NCBI GenBank assembly: GCA_048939015.1
Contig: JBHLPW010000007.1
Coordinates: 31,389 to 95,388, forward strand
Source: Promethearchaeota archaeon
Lineage (GTDB): Archaea > Asgardarchaeota > Lokiarchaeia > Sigyniarchaeales > SOKP01
DNA length: 64,000 nucleotides
Direction of reading: 5' to 3'
Each line of letters starts with the position of its first letter. Position 1 is the stretch's first letter. The notes beneath the pieces are model-generated. The model searched no databases. It was given only the letters and a program-made list of their open reading frames with translations, and was not told where the DNA came from. Position numbers and translations under genes: made by a program. Of this stretch, positions 47,137 through 57,218 are shown piece after piece.

Positions 47137-48777
47137 TTACTTAATACCAAGTCTCTCCTTTTCTAAATCAACTAATTTTCTACGCAGTATCTTACCTGAG
47201 CCTGATTTAGGAATATCATCAACAAATTCAACCTCTCGAATCTTCTTATACGCAGATATTCTTTCAGCGACCCAATCTATGATTTCTTTCTTAGTTACCT
47301 TTCCTTTAGATTCTGGTTTTAAAATGATAAAAGCTTTAGGAATTTGACCAACATCCAATTCAATAGAGGGTTTTCCAATAACAGCAGCATCAAAAATATG
47401 AGGATTATTAAAGAGTAAATCTTCAAGTTCAGCGGGTGCGATGCTCCAACCTTTATATTTTATCATTTCTTTGATACGGTCCAGTAAATGTTCATATTCT
47501 TCTTCGTCTATATAAGCCATATCACCCGTTCTAAGCCATTTTTCTCCTGTTTTTGGGTCTACCCAAAATGCTTCTTCAGTAGCTTCATGTCTTTTCCAAT
47601 AACCCTTCATAACTTGGGGGCCTTTAATAACAAGTTCACCAACCTGACCACGTTCAGGCAATTCTTTACCAGTCTCTAAATCAACTATCTTATGGAATGT
47701 ATCTGAAAGTAAAGTACCTTGAGATTCCATTTTACGCCGATACATTGGATTCACAGCTACTACTGGAGATGCTTCAGTTAAGCCCCAGCCATGTTGAACT
47801 GTTACTTCTTTAGCATTACATTTCTCCTTTGCAAGTTTGTCAAATCTTTCAAGAAGTTCAAGAGGGATTGGTGCGGCACCATTGTTAAAGATTTTTAAAT
47901 CTGCCCAATCATACCCTTTAATATTTGGATTTTCAAGATGTCTTACTACCTCGAGAAATATTGGGGGTACGCAAAGACTATGTGTAACTCGATATTTTTC
48001 AATTAGTTCGCAGAATTCTTTTACATTAAATCGAGGAGTCACCACTTGTGCGAAACCTAACAATGTTGCTTGATTCATTCCCACATTTAAACCATAAATA
48101 TGGTAGAGAGGAAGTACAATAATAGCAACATCTAATTCACTTAGCTCAAAAGTCTGAGATATTTGAACTATATTTGACACAAGATTATAATGGGTAAGCA
48201 TCGTTCCTTTTGGTAATCCTGTTGTTCCACTCGTATATACTAGTGTTGCTAGATCTTCTTTTACATTAAAATCATATTCTGGAGGATCTGGTTCCGTTTT
48301 CGTCATAATATCTGACCATCCAATAGTACCATTTGGTATAACTGGCTTATCTTCAGATTCTATTACTATTATGTTTTTAATCTTTGTTTTAGCTTTCACT
48401 GCTGCTACATATGGATATTCTGCATGGGAAACGATGATTGTTTCTGCTCCAGAGTCATTTAATTCATACTCTACTTCTGTTTCTTTAAATTGTGGATTCA
48501 TAGGTACTAAAATAGCTCCTGCTTTTTCTAATCCAAAAAATGATATTTCCCATTGAATTGAATTGGGACCGTATAAAGCTACTCTATCTCCCTTTTTTAC
48601 TCCTAGATTCTTCAATACTGTAGCGAATTTATCAACTTCTTCTTGAAAATCTTTGAATTTCATATATTTAGGATGAAGGAAAGCGTATCTATCAGGAAAT
48701 CTTTTTGCCGTATCCTCTAAAATCTTAAAAATAGGAACTTCTGGATAATAAAGATGGCCTCTCTTATATTTAACCAT
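47137..48777 (-). CDS. AMP-forming acyl-CoA ligase (fatty-acid/aromatic-acid CoA ligase family)
   Basis: It has the AMP-binding signature LVYTSGTTGLPKG, then GWGLTE, TGDMAY and the C-terminal SGKILRRKL. Confidence 0.9.
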   Translation of the reverse strand: MVKYKRGHLYYPEVPIFKILEDTAKRFPDRYAFLHPKYMKFKDFQEEVDKFATVLKNLGVKKGDRVALYGPNSIQWEISFFGLEKAGAILVPMNPQFKETEVEYELNDSGAETIIVSHAEYPYVAAVKAKTKIKNIIVIESEDKPVIPNGTIGWSDIMTKTEPDPPEYDFNVKEDLATLVYTSGTTGLPKGTMLTHYNLVSNIVQISQTFELSELDVAIIVLPLYHIYGLNVGMNQATLLGFAQVVTPRFNVKEFCELIEKYRVTHSLCVPPIFLEVVRHLENPNIKGYDWADLKIFNNGAAPIPLELLERFDKLAKEKCNAKEVTVQHGWGLTEASPVVAVNPMYRRKMESQGTLLSDTFHKIVDLETGKELPERGQVGELVIKGPQVMKGYWKRHEATEEAFWVDPKTGEKWLRTGDMAYIDEEEYEHLLDRIKEMIKYKGWSIAPAELEDLLFNNPHIFDAAVIGKPSIELDVGQIPKAFIILKPESKGKVTKKEIIDWVAERISAYKKIREVEFVDDIPKSGSGKILRRKLVDLEKERLGIK

Positions 48778-48974
48778 AGTATCACCAAATTTTGAATAAA
48801 TAATTACTGTCTATTTATCATTTGGTTCTTAATATTTATAATTATTTATCTAAATATTTTGTTCATTCAAGTTCTAAATAATAATTTTGGTAAAATTGAA
48901 TTTAGACTTATATGAAAGACTGTTTTAATCTCTATGGATAAGAACTAAAAGAAAGTACTTTAATTAATTAAAAA

Positions 48975-51827
48975 TCATAAAATCTCTGTCTTTGCTATTT
49001 CTATCATATTCTTAATATGAGTCATAAAACCTTCATCTGAACATAGGAAGAGTAACTCTTTTTTCACAATCTCAGCTTTTTCATTCCTTTCTCTAAAATC
49101 GAAAGGAGATATAATTCCAGAAGAACTTTTCTCTTTTAAGCTCTCTGTGACTTTATTTATTTCTATTATGAACTGATCTAAATTTTGGAAATATTCAGGT
49201 AATGCAGCGGGAAGATTTGGATGGATTTTTTTCAATGAATTAGAAAACTTTAATATTTTTTCAGAGAAATTTAACCTTTCCTTTAAAATTACAATTACAT
49301 TTTCTGACTTATTAAGGAGTTTGAACATTATTTCATAGAATTTAAGTTCATTTTTATCTCTATTAAGAAATTTAGTTAAATTCCTTATCTTTTCAGTCGC
49401 ATCGAATTCTTCTAATTGTTCATATTCACTAATCTTATTTTCAGATTCTCTTATTTCTAAATTAAGTAATTCAAGCTTTTGATTGCTCAAATATGTATCT
49501 AATTTCATTATTTTTTTTTGATACTCCTGTTCATCAAGGATTATCCGAGTTGTTTCAAGCACATCTGGTAAACATTCATATATATATTTTAAAATTGAGA
49601 TATAAATTGGATGTTCTGTGTTAGCAATGGGTCTATTATAGAATTCTATAGCATCTAGATTATCACTTAATTCAACCAAAGATTTAAAGAATTTCCTTAA
49701 CTCCAACATGTTTCTTTGAGCATCCATTGCGATAGAGTACATTTCTTCGAAATACTTTTTATAGAACCTCCTTGCTAATTCAAGCTCACTTAAAAAATTA
49801 TTGACAAGAGGTATTAATTCTCCTGAAACGCTTGTTTTTTTGTAATCTTCACCTATATCCTTTAATTTATCTTCCTCTCTAACAGTTATCATTTTTATTA
49901 TAAATTCTGGAAAGTCTTTTGTTACAATATCGTATGTTTTAATGAAATACCTTTTTCTACTCAATATTGGAATTATGGTGTTTATTGTCATAGTTCTCTT
50001 TTGGATTGCTTTCAAGTCTTCTTCTAGTATTCTGTTGATATGCTCATCTAATTTCCTTTTATTTTCAATATTTGAGACTTTTCTATCTTTTAATAATTGA
50101 TTAAGGCGGATTCCTCTAATTTGAGCGTTTCGACCTCCAAATATTTCTACAAAAATACCCCCAAGAATTCTTAGGGCTAAAGCACCTGCCAATAATTTAT
50201 CTTTTTCCTCATCAACTAGAATCTTATTTGTTAACATATTCATTAATCTAAACATAAACGTTTTTTCATTTTCTCTTGGCAACTCTGCAACTTTAGATCT
50301 ATACTTTTCAACAATTTGATCTTCTGGGAGTTTATTTTCCCATAAGAGATCTAATATTCTATCTCCTTCAGCTTTAGGAAGAATATCTAAATAGCGAGGG
50401 ATTATTTCAACTAATGCCTTAGCCCAATTTGAATGTTCAATAGCTAATGGGAGTTCTTCATGATATTCAGCTAGTAAATCATGGATTAATCCACCTTGTT
50501 CCAGAATCTTCGGACCGCTATATTTTCCTAATGTATGATTTAAGATTTCATCAAAATTTGGTTCCAGAGAAAAAGGCATTCGTATTTTGATTTTTTCTAG
50601 AAATGCAAGATATAAATCAAATAATCCACGTACTTTATGGCTTGACCGATTTATAATAAACTGATTTATCTCAGCTTTGTTTAAATCACCAATTTCTACT
50701 AGTGAATTGCCGAACATTATAGCACCATTAAAAATTAACTCTAATTCTTCTGGATTATGAATAGAAGCTGTTTCTGAATATTTAAATAAATATTTGGCAA
50801 GATCAGATCCAAGATATTCCCTATGTTGTTCTGGAATTTGATTTATTGCATTTAACAACTCTTCCATAAGCATTTGAATCATGTCTTGTCCAAGAATAAG
50901 AGTAAACTTCTTCTCAGCTCTTTTTAAAAAAGCTTCTACATCCGTAAATTGAACTCGTTCTTCTTCTTTACCAAATAAATGGGTTAAGATATCATTAAGT
51001 TGACTACTATTTTCCAATAAGTTCCCCTTTTTAACTTCTTCTAAAAAGCTTTTGTATAAATCAACTAAAGAATGTACTGTATTATTACTTCTTTTTCTTA
51101 TTTCTTGATTAATTTGATCCCATGTCTTTCCATCTAAATTGGTTAATGAACCAGAAAATAAAATAGAATGATCTAATATTCGATCTGCGGTTTCGATAGG
51201 AAGAGTATCAATATTTTGGGATACTTTAAACAAATATTTTGAAATTTCAGAACTCATCTGATCTCGGTGCATCTCATCAATTTTCTCAAATGATTTCTTA
51301 AGTTCTTCTGAATAATTATTAAATTTCTCTTTTCCTAATCTTTCAGAAAAGTTCTTATCTGCTCGTTTCAAAAACATTTCTACATCATTCATTTGAGTGA
51401 CTTCAGCTTTTCCACCAAGCATATATGTCAATATATCTTCAAAAGTGTAGAGATCGTGACGACTCTCCCCCTTTTTTGCTTTATCAACAAAGGCACTTAA
51501 TAAATCTGAAAGACTTCGCATAGAATTATTACTTCTATTTATTAACATTTGAATTACTTGATTTCTATCTTTATTTAAGAGATCTTTTAATGATTCTGAA
51601 AATATAAAAACATAATTTAAAACACCCTCGGTAATCGCGGGGGATATTTCCTCAATCTCTTGTGAGTAGTTAAACAAAAATTTTGGTATTTCGGAGCCAA
51701 TAACTCTTCTAAATTTTATTGGAATTTCATTAGTAGCCTTCTTAATTTTATTCAATAATGAAATTGTCTTTTCCTCACCAAGTTTATCCTTAAAGGATCG
51801 CTCCGCCCTTTTCATAAAAACTTCCAT
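48975..51827 (-). CDS. Large hypothetical all-helical protein with three N-terminal tandem repeats
   Basis: 950-aa uninterrupted ORF flanked by about 200-260-bp spacers, so it is probably monocistronic. No catalytic or nucleotide-binding motif was recognised. Confidence 0.7.
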   Translation of the reverse strand: MEVFMKRAERSFKDKLGEEKTISLLNKIKKATNEIPIKFRRVIGSEIPKFLFNYSQEIEEISPAITEGVLNYVFIFSESLKDLLNKDRNQVIQMLINRSNNSMRSLSDLLSAFVDKAKKGESRHDLYTFEDILTYMLGGKAEVTQMNDVEMFLKRADKNFSERLGKEKFNNYSEELKKSFEKIDEMHRDQMSSEISKYLFKVSQNIDTLPIETADRILDHSILFSGSLTNLDGKTWDQINQEIRKRSNNTVHSLVDLYKSFLEEVKKGNLLENSSQLNDILTHLFGKEEERVQFTDVEAFLKRAEKKFTLILGQDMIQMLMEELLNAINQIPEQHREYLGSDLAKYLFKYSETASIHNPEELELIFNGAIMFGNSLVEIGDLNKAEINQFIINRSSHKVRGLFDLYLAFLEKIKIRMPFSLEPNFDEILNHTLGKYSGPKILEQGGLIHDLLAEYHEELPLAIEHSNWAKALVEIIPRYLDILPKAEGDRILDLLWENKLPEDQIVEKYRSKVAELPRENEKTFMFRLMNMLTNKILVDEEKDKLLAGALALRILGGIFVEIFGGRNAQIRGIRLNQLLKDRKVSNIENKRKLDEHINRILEEDLKAIQKRTMTINTIIPILSRKRYFIKTYDIVTKDFPEFIIKMITVREEDKLKDIGEDYKKTSVSGELIPLVNNFLSELELARRFYKKYFEEMYSIAMDAQRNMLELRKFFKSLVELSDNLDAIEFYNRPIANTEHPIYISILKYIYECLPDVLETTRIILDEQEYQKKIMKLDTYLSNQKLELLNLEIRESENKISEYEQLEEFDATEKIRNLTKFLNRDKNELKFYEIMFKLLNKSENVIVILKERLNFSEKILKFSNSLKKIHPNLPAALPEYFQNLDQFIIEINKVTESLKEKSSSGIISPFDFRERNEKAEIVKKELLFLCSDEGFMTHIKNMIEIAKTEIL
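50493..51827 (-). repeat. Three tandem protein-level repeats of about 148 aa (res 1-149, 150-297, 298-445)
   Basis: Each unit starts with FLKRA(E/D)K-F...LG and shares (Y/F)LF(K/N)-S. Each unit also carries NRS(N/S)...(S/G)L-DL and an (E/N)DIL(T/N)(Y/H)-(L/F)G end block. The DNA copies have diverged and there is no long nucleotide identity. Confidence 0.75.
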
Positions 51828-52087
51828 ACCTAATTCACCTTCAAATCACAGAAAGAGATACAATTATAAAAACTAATTAAAATAAAAAATAATTCAATGA
51901 GATAAATAATTAACCTAGATGATCAATTTAAATTTATGTTTAAGTAAAATTGGGATTTACCTTTAAGGCTTTATGGTATTACATCTCTTTTTATATAAGT
52001 AGTTAATTTTCTCTTAAATTTTTTATACTAACAATTATTACAAATAAAAAAGATTAATTTCTGGATTAATAACATAACGTCAGAATT

Positions 52088-54352
52088 ATGAAAGATAGTA
52101 ACGACATTCAAATAATAAGAACTGCTTGCCCAGCTCATTGTGGAATAGATTGTTGTGGTATAATGGCTCATGTTAAAGATGATAAAGTAATAAAATTAGA
52201 ACCTGCTGAGTTCCCATTTCCCTACGATAAAAGAATATGTTTAAGAGGATTATCTAGTTTGGATATTACTTACCACCCAGATCGTTTAAAGTATCCAATG
52301 AGAAGAGTTGGAGAGCGAGGTGAAGGAAAATTTGAAAGGATATCATGGGATACCGCTTTTGATACTATCTCTGAAAAATTCATTAATATTTCAAATAAAT
52401 ATGGTTGGGAATCAATAAGCTGGGTACTGGGTGGTCCAGGAGCAGGTACAACAAAATTTGGTGCCTATTTAAGACTTGCAAGTTTAACACAATCAACACG
52501 CGTAAGTGCATGGGGTTATGGGGATGCTGGTGTACCATGTGGCAGCAGAGTCATATTTGGAAGTCAATTTCCTTATATGTATTTATTTGGAACATTTTGG
52601 CAAAGAAAATGGCCAGATTTATTAATAATTTGGGGAAGTAATCCTGCAGAAGCAGCTCCACTTCAAACTATGCGAAAAATTTTAGATGCGAAAGAAAATG
52701 GCTCTCAATTAGTAGTTATTGATCCCCGTTTTACGATTACTGCTTCGAAAGCTGATGTGTATGTCGGACTCAAACCCGGGACAGATACAGCACTCGCTCT
52801 TGGTCTTATGAATGTTATTTTTAAAAAAAATCTATATAATGAGAATTTTATTCGATTTGAAACCAATGGTGCCTATTTGGTGAGGAAAGATAACAGAAAA
52901 CTTCTCCGGGGGAAAGATATTGGTGAGCAAAAGGTAAATGCATACATAATTTTTGATGAAAATTCAAGCACAGCTAAAATATTAAGGCGTTCTACATTAA
53001 AAACAGCTAGTATTGCTGGAGAATATGAAGTAAATGGAATAAAATGTAAAACTGCTTTACAGATGCTAATGGATTTAGCAAACGAGTATACTCCCAATAA
53101 AGCTGCTGAAATTACAGGACTTTCACCAGATCTTATAGAGAAATTAGGTGAAAAAATTGGTAGAGTTGATAGGGCAACATTCTTTACTTGGATGGGATTT
53201 ACTAGGACGTATTATGGAGATATCTCTTTACGAGGAATGATATCAGTTGCAACTATTACTGGTAATGTAACTACTTCTATAAACTCTGGATATATACCTG
53301 CTGTTTTGAATTGGGATCCCTTCCTAAAAGCAATTCCAGACAAACCATCTTTTCACAGACTGGGTATTTTAAATCTCTATAATGCTGTTATTTTAGGAAA
53401 ACCTTATCCCATTAAAGCATTATGGTTTGCATTTATTAATTTTTTAAACCAATGCGTAGATTATAATAAACTCATCAAAGAATTCTTTCCTAAATTGGAT
53501 TTAATAGTCCAAACAGAGCTTTTTATGACACCCACTGCTAAATTTGCAGATATATTGCTCCCCGTATGTTCCTTTTTAGAATTTTCAGACTTTTTACCTC
53601 ACCCTTACCCTTACGTTCAATTACAACAAAAAGTAATTGAACCTTTATATGAATCTAAATCTGATGTTGACATTGTAGCAGGATTAGCAGAAAAACTTGG
53701 ATTTGGCCAATATTTCCAAGGAGGTGAGGAATCTATGATAGATCTTATCATGGATCATTCTTCCTTGCAGGGATACTCAAGAGATAAACTTCGCAAGAAC
53801 GCAATGCTTTTAAGAGAGATACCTGAAAATACCAATATTCCTTTACCCTTTTCTACCCCATCTGGTAAAATTGAGTTATATGCAGAACAATTAAATGAAG
53901 ACGGTCAAGCTTTACCAATTTACTTGCCTCCTATAGAAGCGCCTATTTCTGGAAAACCTCAGAAATATCCTATAGCATTTATACAGGGACATAGTCGATT
54001 TAGAACTCATTCAATGTTTGCAAATGTAAACTCTTTGCTTGACCTTAACCCAGAACCCATTGTAGATATTAACCCTATTGATGCTTCTAAACGTGGTATT
54101 AATAATGGAGCCCGGGTCACTATTTTGAATGATAGGGGCAGAACTACTCTTAAAACACGAATATCTGAAGGAGTGGGACCTGGTGTGATCGATATAACCG
54201 AAGGTTGGTGGATTAATCAATTTAAAGAAGGAAGTGTAAATCATCTCACTCACGATATAATAAATCCTGTACAAAACAAGATCTATGAGCCAAATATGCA
54301 TATGAATGATGTAGCTGTTGAGATAAAAAAATATGATGAGGTAGAAAAATGA
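52088..54352 (+). CDS. Molybdopterin (bis-MGD) oxidoreductase catalytic subunit, DMSO-reductase superfamily, cytoplasmic
   Basis: 754 aa. The N-terminal FeS Cys cluster is CPAHCGIDCCG...C(LRG). MopB-type domains follow, and the C-terminal beta-barrel domain block is GARVTILNDRGRTTLKTRISEGVGPGVI. No twin-arginine signal. Confidence 0.8.
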   Translation: MKDSNDIQIIRTACPAHCGIDCCGIMAHVKDDKVIKLEPAEFPFPYDKRICLRGLSSLDITYHPDRLKYPMRRVGERGEGKFERISWDTAFDTISEKFINISNKYGWESISWVLGGPGAGTTKFGAYLRLASLTQSTRVSAWGYGDAGVPCGSRVIFGSQFPYMYLFGTFWQRKWPDLLIIWGSNPAEAAPLQTMRKILDAKENGSQLVVIDPRFTITASKADVYVGLKPGTDTALALGLMNVIFKKNLYNENFIRFETNGAYLVRKDNRKLLRGKDIGEQKVNAYIIFDENSSTAKILRRSTLKTASIAGEYEVNGIKCKTALQMLMDLANEYTPNKAAEITGLSPDLIEKLGEKIGRVDRATFFTWMGFTRTYYGDISLRGMISVATITGNVTTSINSGYIPAVLNWDPFLKAIPDKPSFHRLGILNLYNAVILGKPYPIKALWFAFINFLNQCVDYNKLIKEFFPKLDLIVQTELFMTPTAKFADILLPVCSFLEFSDFLPHPYPYVQLQQKVIEPLYESKSDVDIVAGLAEKLGFGQYFQGGEESMIDLIMDHSSLQGYSRDKLRKNAMLLREIPENTNIPLPFSTPSGKIELYAEQLNEDGQALPIYLPPIEAPISGKPQKYPIAFIQGHSRFRTHSMFANVNSLLDLNPEPIVDINPIDASKRGINNGARVTILNDRGRTTLKTRISEGVGPGVIDITEGWWINQFKEGSVNHLTHDIINPVQNKIYEPNMHMNDVAVEIKKYDEVEK

Positions 54353-54927
54353 ATAAGAGATTAGGTATGGTAATTGACCAAGAAAGATGTATAGGTTGTG
54401 AAGCTTGTAGTATAGCTTGCCGAATAGAAAATCAAACATCCCACTTTTGGATTCAAGTTGAAACGCAAGGTGGAGATCAAAAAGATACTCCAAAGGGAAA
54501 ATTTCCTGATCTTGAAATAAATTTTCTCCCACATCTATGCAATCATTGTGATAATCCTCCTTGTGTAGATTCGTGCCCTACTGCAGCTCTTATAAAACGA
54601 GAAGATGGACCAGTAATATTGGATAAAGAATTATGTACTGGATGCAAAGCTTGTATAAGTGCGTGTCCATATGATGTGATTACCTTCGATGAGAAGAATA
54701 ACATTATAGAAAAATGTAATCTATGTGTACATAGAATTGATCAAGGTCTTGAACCATTTTGTGTAACTTGTTGTGAAGGTCAAGCTTTATTTTTTGGAGA
54801 TTTAAATGATCCTACAAACAAATTATCAGAATTAATTTCTAGAAGAGGAGTTTTTCAACTTAAACCGGAAGAAAAGACAAATCCCTTGATTTATTATTGC
54901 CCTCCTAAACCTAAGAGAAGACTATAA
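54349..54927 (+). CDS. 4x[4Fe-4S] electron-transfer subunit (DmsB/PsrB-like)
   Basis: 192 aa with CIGCEACSIAC, CNHCDNPPCVDSCP, CTGCKACISACP and CNLC...CVTCC. ATGA overlap with the catalytic subunit. Confidence 0.85.
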   Translation: MNKRLGMVIDQERCIGCEACSIACRIENQTSHFWIQVETQGGDQKDTPKGKFPDLEINFLPHLCNHCDNPPCVDSCPTAALIKREDGPVILDKELCTGCKACISACPYDVITFDEKNNIIEKCNLCVHRIDQGLEPFCVTCCEGQALFFGDLNDPTNKLSELISRRGVFQLKPEEKTNPLIYYCPPKPKRRL

Positions 54928-55008
54928 CTTAATATCGCAAAAAATAATGAAATATAAATTGGATAGAGAAATATTAGTTTATAATTGAATATTTTAATGT
55001 GAAAGAAA

Positions 55009-55983
55009 GTGATCAAGACAAAAGTAACCGAAATGTTAGGATGTAAATATCCTATAATTGTAGGAACTATGGCTAATATCACATCGCCAGAATTTGTTGC
55101 AGCATGTAGTAATGCTGGTGCTTGTGCTGTATTAGCTAGTGCAAATTATAACACCCCTGAAGAATTACGTGAGGCGATCAGAAAAACAAAATCATTAACT
55201 AAAGAACCATTTGCAGTAAATATCAATTTATTTCCTGCTCTCATGCCCCAAGATAAATTAGAGGATTATGTTGAAGCTACATTGGATGAGGGCGCAAAAA
55301 TAATTGAAACAAGCGGTCATAAGGCTCCAGAGCATCTAGTTCCTAAATTTAAACAAGGTGGCGCTATATGGATACATAAATGTGCGGGTGTGAGATATGC
55401 TAAAAAAGGAGCTTCTTTAGGTGCTGATATAATAACAGTTGTAGGCTATGAAAATGGTGGTGCAACAGGGATTCTAGATATAGGCTCTTTAGTCATGGCT
55501 CCAAGCGTGGTAGATGCTTTAGATATTCCTGTGATAGCTGGAGGGGGTGTAACAGATGGACGGGGAGTTGCTGCAATATTGGCTCTTGGAGCTGAAGGTG
55601 TAATCATGGGAACAAGAATGATGGCTACAAAAGAATGCCCCATTCATGACAATTTAAAAAATGCACTTATTCAAGCACGTGAAACTGACACTTCTTTAGT
55701 CATGCGCTCAATTAAAAATACCCACAGAGTATGGAGAAATAAGGCTGCGGAACAAATTATCGAATTAGAATCACAAAAAGCCTCTCTTCAGCAAATTGTA
55801 CAAGTAGCATCTGGTCAAAACGCCTTAAAAATGTATAGAGAGGGAGATTTAGATGTTGGTATGGTAAGTTGTGGTCAGGGGGTAGGATTGGTCAAGGATA
55901 TACCTACTGTTAAAGAATTACTAGATAGGATAATGAAAGAAGCAGAAGAAGTTATCCAAAAATTAGGAGATATTTCTAAATAA
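55009..55983 (+). CDS. FMN-dependent NMO/FabK-like enoyl reductase (second copy)
   Basis: It has KYPIIVGTMA, GYENGGATG and LGAEGVIMGTRM. The GTG start at 55009 keeps the N-terminus IKTKVTEMLG, which is conserved with the paralog at 11718 (IKTNITEMLG). Confidence 0.8.
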   Translation: MIKTKVTEMLGCKYPIIVGTMANITSPEFVAACSNAGACAVLASANYNTPEELREAIRKTKSLTKEPFAVNINLFPALMPQDKLEDYVEATLDEGAKIIETSGHKAPEHLVPKFKQGGAIWIHKCAGVRYAKKGASLGADIITVVGYENGGATGILDIGSLVMAPSVVDALDIPVIAGGGVTDGRGVAAILALGAEGVIMGTRMMATKECPIHDNLKNALIQARETDTSLVMRSIKNTHRVWRNKAAEQIIELESQKASLQQIVQVASGQNALKMYREGDLDVGMVSCGQGVGLVKDIPTVKELLDRIMKEAEEVIQKLGDISK

Positions 55984-56059
55984 AGTTAAATCTTAAAAAA
56001 TGAACCTAATAAACAAACAGAATAAACATAATCGAAAATACAAAAGTTGAAGATAAAAA

Positions 56060-57199
56060 ATGAGTAGTGAAACTGAATATAAAAAAGCTCTTAATATATT
56101 ATTTAAAGCAGGGGGATTTCATTATCCATTTTCAGATACATTACATAATATATTAAAGTATACCATCAAAGATGAGAATCTAGATCTTATCATGGCTTTT
56201 GAAAATACCATTTCCCAAACAATGGACCAATTAAAGGAGAGCAGTGGATTATCTGAGGAAGATATATTGAAGAAAGTAGATGTTTTAGCAAAAACAGGCG
56301 TAATGTTTAACCAACCTAACCGTCATGGGGTAATGGTGTATCGAATACTACCATTACATAGGCAATTTGAATATATTTTTATGAAAAATCTTGAAAAAAC
56401 AGAGGAAAATTATAAGATCGCACAATTATTCCATAAACTTAATGAAGAACTAAGTGATATTATACAATCTGATTATGATAGCTTAAGTTCAGATTTAGAA
56501 CAAATGACCCCACTGGATCGTACGGTCCCAATATTAGAAAATCTAGACACAGGTGAAGAAATTAATATTATCGTAGAAGAAGAACTCCAAGTCCCAACGG
56601 AACAAATATTAGCAATTCAAAAAGTTAGAGAATTAATTGAAAAGTATGATGATATTGCTGTAGGACTTTGTTATTGTCGTCAACATCAAGAATTTCTTGG
56701 GAATCAATGTCAACAGATCGAACTTACACCAAGTTGCATGACCTTAGGTAAATCTGCAAGGCATACTTCTAATCACGGTTTCTCTAAATTGGTGTCTAAG
56801 GAAGAAGCCTTGAAAATTCTAAAAAAGTGTGAAGATGCGGGGTTAGTTCATAAAGCATATCATCTATACGGTGATGTAGGCAAGGAAGAAGTAGCTATTT
56901 GCAATTGCTGCAGCTGCTGTTGCTTAAATGCAAGAAGTTGTTTGATTTATCCTGTAGTTAATGCAACTAATTATTTATCTAGCATTGATGAAGATTTATG
57001 TATAGGATGCGGTACATGTGTAGATCTATGCTATAACAAAGCTATTGAATTAAATGATGACAATAAAGCGGAAAGAATAGAAGAATTCTGTGTTGGTTGT
57101 GGTGTTTGTGCTTATCATTGCCCTGAAAATGCTATTTCTATGATTGAAGGACCGAGATTAGTCAGGATGCTTCCTCCAAGAAAAAATAAAAAAGTATAA
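56060..57199 (+). CDS. Cys-rich Fe-S protein with a C-terminal 2x[4Fe-4S] ferredoxin domain
   Basis: 379 aa. It has CYCRQHQ...C, then CNCCSCCCLNARSC, then CIGCGTCVDLC and CVGCGVCAYHCP. The N-terminal ~190 aa is of unknown fold. Confidence 0.65.
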   Translation: MSSETEYKKALNILFKAGGFHYPFSDTLHNILKYTIKDENLDLIMAFENTISQTMDQLKESSGLSEEDILKKVDVLAKTGVMFNQPNRHGVMVYRILPLHRQFEYIFMKNLEKTEENYKIAQLFHKLNEELSDIIQSDYDSLSSDLEQMTPLDRTVPILENLDTGEEINIIVEEELQVPTEQILAIQKVRELIEKYDDIAVGLCYCRQHQEFLGNQCQQIELTPSCMTLGKSARHTSNHGFSKLVSKEEALKILKKCEDAGLVHKAYHLYGDVGKEEVAICNCCSCCCLNARSCLIYPVVNATNYLSSIDEDLCIGCGTCVDLCYNKAIELNDDNKAERIEEFCVGCGVCAYHCPENAISMIEGPRLVRMLPPRKNKKV

Positions 57200-57218
57200 T
57201 TAATTTTTTTTAATAATT

